DNA of 64,000 nt, taken from a virus. Positions 27,936 through 35,478 of the stretch are shown piece after piece; position 1 is the first letter of the stretch; the number at the start of each line of letters is the position of its first letter. A model generated the notes under the pieces. The model saw nothing but the letters and a program-made list of their open reading frames with translations, was not told where the DNA came from and made no database searches. Made by a program: the position numbers and the translations under genes. Location of the stretch: the IMG/VR virus record IMGVR_UViG_3300025705_000581, one strand, 5' to 3'.

Positions 27936-27955
27936 ATCAAATAAAGGAAACTACT

Positions 27956-28300
27956 ATGACAAACTTCGACAAAACAAAATTTGAATTCCACGGCGGTTAC
28001 TTGACATACAAAGGTGATTACGAAGGTCGCCCTGTCTATAAAGAAGGCAAAAATGTTCATCCTTCAAACGTAGGTCGCGGAATTGATTTGTTTATCGCTC
28101 GTTTCAAGTACAGTGGTACACCAATCACAAAAGCAAAATTTCTTAAAGAACTGATTAGAAATTTTACTGTTGAAGAATATGTTGCAGCTCGCAACGGTCA
28201 CGAAGTTGCACCGACAAGAGTTCTTGATAACAAAAACCCAGGTTGGTCCGATAAGATTGTAGTAGCTTGGCGTGATAAGCGAGGTATGAAATCACTATGA
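27956..28300 (+). CDS. hypothetical early protein
   Basis: First gene after early promoter; AAGGA SD. Confidence 0.65.
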   Translation: MTNFDKTKFEFHGGYLTYKGDYEGRPVYKEGKNVHPSNVGRGIDLFIARFKYSGTPITKAKFLKELIRNFTVEEYVAARNGHEVAPTRVLDNKNPGWSDKIVVAWRDKRGMKSL

Positions 28301-28866
28301 ATATATTTGTCCTTGATGAGAACCCCAAAATTGCGGCACAGATGGTCTGTGATAAGCATTGCTCAAAGATGATTATTGAGTCCGGGCAAATGCTTTCTAC
28401 GGCCCATAGAATGCTTGACGGCTATATAGAACCGCGGCCTTCTAAATCAGGAAAACGTATCGTAAAATATTACGTTCATCCTGACACTGAAATGGAGAAT
28501 ATTCTATACAAAGCGGTGCATCATTATCATCCTTGCACCGTTTGGTCGACGTTATCAAAAGCCAATTATATATGGCATTATGAGCACTTTCTAGGCCTGA
28601 TAGAAGAATTCTCAGTGCGGTACAAAAAGTATCATATGACTGCGAGTAAGCTTAAGGATATCCTTGCCAGTCCTCCGCAGAATATACCGGATATTGGTAT
28701 AACAGAATTTCCACAAGCAATGAATAATTTTCCTTTATGTAAGGTTGAAGGTAATCCTGTTAGTGCATATCGCAAGTATTATAGTATGACTAAACATTTT
28801 GCAAAATGGGAAAAAGGTCGTGAAGCGCCTGCGTGGTGGCAAGGATTTGTAGGATATCCAGCATGA
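28297..28866 (+). CDS. pyrimidine-dimer DNA glycosylase (DenV)-related protein
   Basis: MNIFVLD..P..AA...CDKH..KM..ES.QMLSTAH, H..HPCT.W. Confidence 0.6.
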   Translation: MNIFVLDENPKIAAQMVCDKHCSKMIIESGQMLSTAHRMLDGYIEPRPSKSGKRIVKYYVHPDTEMENILYKAVHHYHPCTVWSTLSKANYIWHYEHFLGLIEEFSVRYKKYHMTASKLKDILASPPQNIPDIGITEFPQAMNNFPLCKVEGNPVSAYRKYYSMTKHFAKWEKGREAPAWWQGFVGYPA

Positions 28867-29189
28867 GATATATTCTGTTGGATGAAGATGCTGGTATCTT
28901 TTTAGGTACACATAAAGTTCCTTTAGGTAATAACGAATACGAAGGTTTTGTCATATTTTCATTACACAACCCGTTTGGAATCACAAAGGCATATTCGTTT
29001 GATAATATAAAAGATGCTCAACTTTATATGCTGTCTTTTCTTATTGACGAATTTCCTGATATCCGTGTACTTGAAATTGAATGTCAAAACAAATACGTTG
29101 ATGTTGTTGACCTACTAAAGAACGGTCTTGATGAGTGGACCTTTGATATGATTGATAATATTCCAATGATAAATGATACGGTTCATTAA
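28863..29189 (+). CDS. hypothetical protein
   Basis: ATGA overlap at 28863. Confidence 0.55.
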   Translation: MRYILLDEDAGIFLGTHKVPLGNNEYEGFVIFSLHNPFGITKAYSFDNIKDAQLYMLSFLIDEFPDIRVLEIECQNKYVDVVDLLKNGLDEWTFDMIDNIPMINDTVH

Positions 29190-29213
29190 TTTCTTTTTAA
29201 ATCAAATTAACTA

Positions 29214-29248
29214 TTGACATTTGCTGTCGAATCAGTTATATTAGAATC
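29214..29248 (+). promoter_or_regulatory. sigma70-type early promoter with two GANTC sites
   Basis: TTGACA-17nt-TATATT; GAATC at 29229 and 29244. Confidence 0.85.
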
Positions 29249-29269
29249 AATAACAAAAGGAATATAACT

Positions 29270-29590
29270 ATGACAAATCAAGCTGTAGCATACTGGATCG
29301 AAACTCCTCTTACAAAAGTAAACGCACTAATCGCTAAATATCACGCATACGCAAAAGATGAAGATCGTTCTTCTGCTATGTATGATGAAGATGCGAATGA
29401 TGTTATGCAAGCATTGTCTTACTTCCGTCAATCTGATACCGAAGCACTTTCACAACACGTTCAATTCATGGATACTTCACCTCGTGAAGATTTGATTGAA
29501 GCATTTTATTTTGATTGTGGCAAAGACTTCGTTGAGCACGTTCTTGGTTATGAAATGAGCCAATCATGGAAAGATGCTAATTTGATTTAA
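29270..29590 (+). CDS. hypothetical early protein
   Basis: First gene after early promoter; AAGGA SD. Confidence 0.65.
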   Translation: MTNQAVAYWIETPLTKVNALIAKYHAYAKDEDRSSAMYDEDANDVMQALSYFRQSDTEALSQHVQFMDTSPREDLIEAFYFDCGKDFVEHVLGYEMSQSWKDANLI

Positions 29591-29604
29591 TTTCAAATTA
29601 ACTA

Positions 29605-29633
29605 TTGACAATCTCAATAGAATCAGTTATATT
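29605..29633 (+). promoter_or_regulatory. sigma70-type early promoter with GANTC
   Basis: TTGACA-17nt-TATATT; GAATC at 29620. Confidence 0.8.
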
Positions 29634-29669
29634 AAATATATCGTAACAAACAATCTTAGGAAAAATATC

Positions 29670-30623
29670 ATGGCACACGAACTTGAAATGGTAAACGGCG
29701 AAGCACAAATGGCATATCGCAAAAGTCAAGGATTACCTTGGCACGGTCTAGGTACACCTGTAGATGATAATATGTCACCACAGGAAATGATGCAAGCCGC
29801 AGGACTTGATTGGTCAGTTGAAGAAGTAGAATGTTTTGCCCCTTGGAAAGGTGAGAATATTGCCACAGGAACAAAGGCACTTATCCGTTCAACTGATGGT
29901 AAAGTACTAACACAAGTCGGTAAGAATTGGAACCCAGTTCAGAATTCCGACGCATTTGATTTCTTTACTGAATTTGTATCAAACGGTGATATGCAGATGG
30001 ATACTGCAGGATCACTTAAAGATGGCAAACTCGTATGGGCAATGGCAGACGTAAATGACGGTTTCTCATTGTTTAACGGTGATGAAGTAAACGGTTACTT
30101 GTTGTTTTCAAACCCACATATGTATGGTAAAGCAATTGATATTAAATTCGTAATGGAACGTGTTGTATGTAACAATACATTGGCAGTGGCATTAAATGAA
30201 AAAGGTCAGCCATCCGTTCGTATGAACCACCGTTCAGTTTTTGATCCTGTAAAGGTTAAAGAAATTCTTGGCCTTGGTCATAACAAGGTTCAGCAATTCA
30301 AAGAAGCTGCTGAGTTCTTAGGTACTCGTCGCTACACTGATGAGAAACTTACCGAGTTCTTTGGTGTTGTATTTGGCAAATCAACAAAGGAAAAAGAAAT
30401 CCTTGCACGTACAGCAAAAGAAGCAATGGCATTGGTTGAAGATCAACCCGGTGCGGATTTTGCACCAGGCACATGGTGGAATGCTTATAATGCTGTTACT
30501 TATATGACTGACCATAAACTAGGTCGTTCTGCCGACTCACGTATGGCATCAGCATGGTTTGGTGGAAATGCAAAACGTAAAGTTGACGCACTTGATACAG
30601 CATTGGAAATGGCAAATGCTTGA
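29670..30623 (+). CDS. DUF932 family protein
   Basis: PWHGLG, AGLDW.V, PVQN.DAF.FF, TAGSL.DG..VW, RVVCNNTL, TWWNAYNAVT. Confidence 0.85.
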   Translation: MAHELEMVNGEAQMAYRKSQGLPWHGLGTPVDDNMSPQEMMQAAGLDWSVEEVECFAPWKGENIATGTKALIRSTDGKVLTQVGKNWNPVQNSDAFDFFTEFVSNGDMQMDTAGSLKDGKLVWAMADVNDGFSLFNGDEVNGYLLFSNPHMYGKAIDIKFVMERVVCNNTLAVALNEKGQPSVRMNHRSVFDPVKVKEILGLGHNKVQQFKEAAEFLGTRRYTDEKLTEFFGVVFGKSTKEKEILARTAKEAMALVEDQPGADFAPGTWWNAYNAVTYMTDHKLGRSADSRMASAWFGGNAKRKVDALDTALEMANA

Positions 30624-30645
30624 TATTAAATCAGTTATAATTTGG

Positions 30646-30674
30646 GGAGTAGCTTGCGGGCTACTCCTTATTCT
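30646..30674 (+). terminator. terminator-like hairpin after DUF932
   Basis: GGAGTAGC-TTGCGG-GCTACTCC followed by TTATTCT. Confidence 0.5.
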
Positions 30675-30717
30675 CGCCGATCCATTAATGATTATCCGAC
30701 CACTATAGGGGCACTAA

Positions 30718-31086
30718 ATGTATTATTCATTACTATTTTCACTATTACATCTTGCAAGTATTTCAATGTATTCTTATTTGCAAGATGAACGATATTTAGT
30801 TATCGCGGGCGCAATGCTTGTTTGGTCACTATTTAATTTTATCAAAGTTGGGGCGTTAGTTCTATCACCACAATTTGAAATATCTCTCGATTTGAATGAA
30901 GATATTCCTTTATCTCATAAGTATTTGCTAATCTGTACATCAGCACTATCGGCATACGCAATATGGTCTATAGGTTATAGTTTTTTCGCAGGGTTTTCTG
31001 CCGTCTATATTATAACTGTATTTGTATCTTTAACTATCCAACTATTTGATATTGATATGACAACTACAGATGAGGATGAAGAATGA
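30718..31086 (+). CDS. membrane protein (several predicted TM helices)
   Basis: Multiple hydrophobic stretches, acidic tail. Confidence 0.6.
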   Translation: MYYSLLFSLLHLASISMYSYLQDERYLVIAGAMLVWSLFNFIKVGALVLSPQFEISLDLNEDIPLSHKYLLICTSALSAYAIWSIGYSFFAGFSAVYIITVFVSLTIQLFDIDMTTTDEDEE

Positions 31087-31508
31087 AGATTTTAATATTT
31101 GGCTTGCCGGGTTCAGGTAAAACCTGGCTTGCCGAACGACTACAAAAGCGTTTGGATTGCGCTTGGTTCAATGCCGATAAAATCCGTGAAATGGCAAACG
31201 ACTGGGAATTTAGTGAAGCTGCTCGTTTACGCCAAGCTTATCGTATGAAAGGTATTGCTGATTACGAAAAAGAAATGAGACGAATGGTTATCTGTGATTT
31301 CGTTTGTCCGCTTGAAGAAACGAGAGAAATCTTTGATGCCGATTATACCGTATGGATGGATACTATCCAAGAAGGTCGATTTGGTGATACTAATAAAATG
31401 TTTCAAAAACCTTCAAAGGTTAATTACCATGTAGAAAAATGGTTTGATAACACAGATGAATCTTTAGCAGATGCTATTGAAAGACATATAAGGATTAATA
31501 ATGTTTGA
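31083..31508 (+). CDS. cysC: adenylylsulfate kinase-like P-loop protein
   Basis: GLPGSGKT, NADKIR, F....R.RQA.RM, ICDFVCP...TR. Confidence 0.7.
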   Translation: MKILIFGLPGSGKTWLAERLQKRLDCAWFNADKIREMANDWEFSEAARLRQAYRMKGIADYEKEMRRMVICDFVCPLEETREIFDADYTVWMDTIQEGRFGDTNKMFQKPSKVNYHVEKWFDNTDESLADAIERHIRINNV

Positions 31509-31908
31509 TTACAAAAAACCAACAGTACAGATGCTAGGTCGATGGCAACCTTGGCATGATGGTCATACCGAACTATTTAAACGTGCTCAGTCAATCACAG
31601 GTCAAGTTGTTATTATGGTCCGTGACGTATTTAACTTTGACGGTGATGCAGGCGCAGGTCGTACCGCAACACAAGATGATAATCCTTTCGGTATTATTGA
31701 CGTTATTAATAATATTGAAGCAGGTCTTAGACCACACGGATTTCAAAACGGTTATGAGTATTTGATTTTAGAAGTACCTAACATTGTTGATATTAGTTAT
31801 GGCCGTGGTGTTGGATATACATTTACCGAACACGATTTGGGTAAAGATATCCATGACATATCAGCAACAAAAATTCGTAAGCAAATGCGTGAGGATGGAA
31901 AACTATGA
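31501..31908 (+). CDS. HxGH nucleotidyltransferase (cytidylyltransferase superfamily)
   Basis: MLGRWQPWHDGH, DNPF, ISATKIR. Confidence 0.75.
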   Translation: MFDYKKPTVQMLGRWQPWHDGHTELFKRAQSITGQVVIMVRDVFNFDGDAGAGRTATQDDNPFGIIDVINNIEAGLRPHGFQNGYEYLILEVPNIVDISYGRGVGYTFTEHDLGKDIHDISATKIRKQMREDGKL

Positions 31909-32003
31909 TTGGCGCACCAGTATTTGAAAAAGGATATCCAGACTATGACGCGGTTAACCGTGATAGAATGGGTGATATGAAATTTACAACAGCAGGAGAT
32001 ATT

Positions 32004-32252
32004 ATGACAGCACAAGATACATATCAAGTAACAGCAGATGAAATTCGTTCTTTTATTGAACGGTTTGAGCGTCTGCAAACAGAAAAGCAAGACATTCAAG
32101 ATGCTCAAAAAGAAGTGATGGTTGAGGCAAAAGGACGAGGTTATGATACCAAGGTTCTACGTAAAGTCATCGCAATTCGTAAACGTAACCGTGACGATGT
32201 AGACAATGAGAATGCTGTAACTCAAATGTATATGGAAGCATTGGGAATGTAA
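32004..32252 (+). CDS. gapR: GapR / DUF2312 nucleoid-associated protein
   Basis: VTADEIRSFIERFERL..EK.DI....KEV..EAKGRGYDTKVLRKVIA.RKR...D......V..MY.EALGM; GGAG SD before 32004 (in-frame ATG also at 31905). Confidence 0.9.
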   Translation: MTAQDTYQVTADEIRSFIERFERLQTEKQDIQDAQKEVMVEAKGRGYDTKVLRKVIAIRKRNRDDVDNENAVTQMYMEALGM

Positions 32253-32274
32253 TTTACAAGTTACAATCTGGCAT

Positions 32275-32302
32275 TAAAAAAGGAGGGGAAAATCCCCTCC
32301 TT
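32275..32302 (-). terminator. intrinsic terminator at the convergence of the two transcription blocks
   Basis: AAGGAGGGG / CCCCTCCTT 9-bp stem with poly-T on the minus strand downstream of gp23. Confidence 0.85.
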
Positions 32303-32339
32303 AGTAGTATCGTTAACCGATATCTTATTATTATTGTTC

Positions 32340-33668
32340 TTAGAACAAGTTAGATACCAATACACGGCGGTAGTACTGGTTGGTGTTTGCTGTAAGAGCA
32401 CCAAGACCTTGTGAGTCGTGGTCACCTTCAGCATATGGGTTAGCAACCATACCGTAGCGAGTCTTAAACCCGATTTTTGGTTGGAAGCTGTTTTCACCAA
32501 CGGCACGAACCATTTGCAACGGTACGTATGGGCAATAGAACAAGCCAGCATCAAATGCACTTGAACCTTTATAGCCGACAACCAAATAGTTGCTGCCTGC
32601 ATATGGATCAATATACACTCTGTAACGACCGTTAAGAACACCGGCAAATGTGTTGCCTGTATCATCAACTGCCAAGTTGTTACCGTTAAGTGCTGGTGTG
32701 TAATCAAGTACACCGGCCATTTGCAATGCTGATGCAACATCAGAAGAACAGATAACCATGTTACCTTTACCACGACGTGTACCTTTTGCAATTGCGTTTG
32801 CTTCTTGTTCGATTTGGAACATCAAGCCCTTGAACTTCTCAACAGACCAACGACCGTTTGCATCGACGTCTAAGTCGAATGTACCTGGTGTTGCTGTGGC
32901 AGCTGCACCTGATTTAGCAGTTGTGTAAATTGTACGAACCAACTCACGGTTGATTTCGACCAAGATTTCTGATTGCAGAATGTTTGCCAGCTCTGTTTCA
33001 GCATCCAAACCGTGTACGGCTTTAAGATCCTGAGCAAGTTCTGTTGTGTATTCTGCTTTCAATGCGCGTGATTTTGCAGTTACGGCAACTTTCTCGATTG
33101 AGAATGCCATTTCAGCAAATGCTGCACCTACACCGTCGCCCAATGCTTCAGCTGCTGCTGTTGTCATACCTGTACCAGTATTAGCAGATGCAGCGGAACC
33201 AACAGTACCTGCAGATGCACCAGCACCTGAGAAGCCTGTGGCTGCTTCGTTGTAGAATGCTTCGTCACCAGTTTGGTTGGTGTAATGCGAACGCATTGCG
33301 AAGATCAAGCCTGTTGGGCCTGTCATAGGTTGAACACCAGCAATGTCATATGCCATCAAGTTTGGCATAGCACGGCGTACCAGTGAAATCAGGATAGGAT
33401 CGTAACCTGCAACAGGACCTGCTGCGGTTGCGCCCGAACTGAAACCTGCTCCAGGTGAGGAACCTGCAGCATTGGTTGGTGCGGCTTCTGACAAGAATGA
33501 GCTCATGCCCACTTGTGTGTCGCCTGACTCCATAAGAGCCTTTTCTGTGTTTTCAAGAATCGTAGCGGTTACGCTTCTCTTGTGTTGGTCGGCGATTGGT
33601 GAAAAAGAATCGTGCTCAAGAATTGGGCCCCACTTCTCCACAAGCGCTTGATAGTTTGACTGAGTCAT
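32340..33668 (-). CDS. gp23: major capsid protein
   Basis: LVRRAMPNLMAYDIAGVQPMTGPTGLIFAMR, KSRALKAEYTTELAQDLKAVHGLDAE, PKIGFKTRYG. Confidence 0.98.
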   Translation of the reverse strand: MTQSNYQALVEKWGPILEHDSFSPIADQHKRSVTATILENTEKALMESGDTQVGMSSFLSEAAPTNAAGSSPGAGFSSGATAAGPVAGYDPILISLVRRAMPNLMAYDIAGVQPMTGPTGLIFAMRSHYTNQTGDEAFYNEAATGFSGAGASAGTVGSAASANTGTGMTTAAAEALGDGVGAAFAEMAFSIEKVAVTAKSRALKAEYTTELAQDLKAVHGLDAETELANILQSEILVEINRELVRTIYTTAKSGAAATATPGTFDLDVDANGRWSVEKFKGLMFQIEQEANAIAKGTRRGKGNMVICSSDVASALQMAGVLDYTPALNGNNLAVDDTGNTFAGVLNGRYRVYIDPYAGSNYLVVGYKGSSAFDAGLFYCPYVPLQMVRAVGENSFQPKIGFKTRYGMVANPYAEGDHDSQGLGALTANTNQYYRRVLVSNLF

Positions 33669-33705
33669 ATCTGTCTATCTCCTTGTTTTGGTTTTCTTCT
33701 GGATA

Positions 33706-33713
33706 TATTTATA
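33706..33713 (-). promoter_or_regulatory. T4-type late promoter
   Basis: TATAAATA upstream of gp23. Confidence 0.8.
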
Positions 33714-33720
33714 AAAGTTA

Positions 33721-34671
33721 TTATTTCAAATGTGTTTTAGCGTTAAGAGCCTCGACGAGAGCATTAACTGTATAATGATCTGATGCAGGTTTAGCTACAA
33801 CGGTATCTTCTACAATGATTTCGTCTTCCTCAACATTAGCATCTTCCGTTACGGCTTTTGCTTCTGTAAAGAATGATTCCTTAAGAGTGTTAAGGTTTGC
33901 GGTATACTCTTCGATATTATCAAAATCGAGCTTTTCAGCAAGAATCTTCATTCTTTCCTGTTGGGTCAGAGTAAGATCCTCAGTGACTTCTGCGAACACT
34001 TTTCCGGCTTGCAAAGAAGTGATCTCTTTTTGCAATGCAATGTTCTCGTCAATACGAGCGTTTGCATCATTTTTCAATCCTTCAACTTCTTCTTCAAGCT
34101 CAGCAACAACATCAACGGTATCTTCGTTGATTGCAATGTTGTGCTCTTCAAAAAGTCCTTTCAGACCGTCCATCAACGATTCTGCCATTTCAACCTTAAT
34201 GCCGGCTTCGATAGCAACTTCGTTTTCTGTCATCCACTCTTCTACAACATAGTCGAGATAGGAATCTAGGTTTTCAACAAGGCCATTGACAGTTGAGTCA
34301 ATTGAAGATTTCATTTCTTCATCAAGCTGTGTTGAATATTCTTCATTCATTTTGGCAGCTTTTACCGCAGCACTTTCATTTACTGCTGCTTCAAATACCA
34401 AAGTTACTTTTGATTTAAACTCTTCTGAAAGATCCATACCTTCAAACATTGCTGAGATTGATTCGTCAAGTTCAACGACTTCTTCTACAACAACTTCTGT
34501 ATCTTCTTTCATTCCAGGTGTTACTGCTGCAACTTTTTCAGGTGTTGGATTAACCTTCTTTGCTAGATCAGCCTTGTGTTTTTTTGCCGTACCGCCTTTT
34601 GGTGTAACAGGATCTTCAACTGAAGAAACACCATCGTCGGCTACAAACTTTTCTTGTAGTTCATCTGACAT
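33721..34671 (-). CDS. gp22: prohead core scaffold protein
   Basis: LSEEFKSK...FEAAV, YLDYVVEEWM.EN.VAIE.G, synteny. Confidence 0.93.
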   Translation of the reverse strand: MSDELQEKFVADDGVSSVEDPVTPKGGTAKKHKADLAKKVNPTPEKVAAVTPGMKEDTEVVVEEVVELDESISAMFEGMDLSEEFKSKVTLVFEAAVNESAAVKAAKMNEEYSTQLDEEMKSSIDSTVNGLVENLDSYLDYVVEEWMTENEVAIEAGIKVEMAESLMDGLKGLFEEHNIAINEDTVDVVAELEEEVEGLKNDANARIDENIALQKEITSLQAGKVFAEVTEDLTLTQQERMKILAEKLDFDNIEEYTANLNTLKESFFTEAKAVTEDANVEEDEIIVEDTVVAKPASDHYTVNALVEALNAKTHLK

Positions 34672-34707
34672 GCTTACTACTCCTTTTGTTATATTCTTTA
34701 TACCTAA

Positions 34708-34715
34708 TATTTATA
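34708..34715 (-). promoter_or_regulatory. T4-type late promoter
   Basis: TATAAATA upstream of gp22. Confidence 0.8.
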
Positions 34716-34719
34716 ATTT

Positions 34720-35421
34720 TCATTTTCTGAGTGATTCGATAAATTTATTCAACATAGCAGCTGCTTGTGCTTCATCAATCCGCTTAACAACTGTTCTATA
34801 TTGTGTTTCAACTTCTTGTTGAATTTCTTCAATCACTTCAGCAACCTGTTCTTGAACCTGCGCGGGCAACCAAGAAGATGAAGCAATATCATAAAAATAT
34901 TCAACATTTTCCATAATACCATTTACGAAACAATTAGGGCCAGACGGATCGGTTACAACATCAACAGTAGCTAAATGGAAATCTGATTGAACTTCCATGA
35001 TACCATCTTTTGTTGGTTTAACTGAACCAAGTCCACGTGTTGATACACCGACCTGAACTCCTTCGTCAATGAATGTCTTAACAATTTCACCCATTGGAGT
35101 ACCAAGCAATTTTGCTTTACCCATAAAGTTTGAACCATCTCTCCTCATTTCAGTAATCAAATGAGACACACGGTCGCCGTTTACGGTTGGTCCATCAGGG
35201 TGGCCAAGTTCCCCAAGAGCTCGTTTGGTTTCAACAAAATCTTTATTGTATCGAACCATTTCTTTCTCAAGGATTTCGGATGGGTAACATCTGCCATTTC
35301 GATTGTTAATGTCACCTTGCATAAAGATACCTTCAATGAAGTAGGACTTTTTGCCAGTTTCTTCATTTAATTCTGTGCTTGTGGAGGCACTTTCGTTAAA
35401 AATTTCTGTAATAAGTTTCAT
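34720..35421 (-). CDS. gp21: prohead protease
   Basis: IEGIFMQG...N.NGR.Y, ALGELGHPDGP, GVSTRGLGS, DVVTDPS. Confidence 0.96.
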   Translation of the reverse strand: MKLITEIFNESASTSTELNEETGKKSYFIEGIFMQGDINNRNGRCYPSEILEKEMVRYNKDFVETKRALGELGHPDGPTVNGDRVSHLITEMRRDGSNFMGKAKLLGTPMGEIVKTFIDEGVQVGVSTRGLGSVKPTKDGIMEVQSDFHLATVDVVTDPSGPNCFVNGIMENVEYFYDIASSSWLPAQVQEQVAEVIEEIQQEVETQYRTVVKRIDEAQAAAMLNKFIESLRK

Positions 35422-35446
35422 ATCATTAGGTCCTTTATTTGTAATA

Positions 35447-35454
35447 TATTTATA
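35447..35454 (-). promoter_or_regulatory. T4-type late promoter
   Basis: TATAAATA upstream of gp21. Confidence 0.8.
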
Positions 35455-35478
35455 ATATTATTACCTTTTAATCCTTTA

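Noticed and set aside
3206-29633. Repeated ~35-66 nt elements as a CRISPR array or mobile-element ends
   Set aside because: Copies are dispersed kilobases apart, always intergenic and co-oriented with -35/-10 boxes; no spacers or cas operon. The Cas4-like exonuclease is a standard T4-like phage gene
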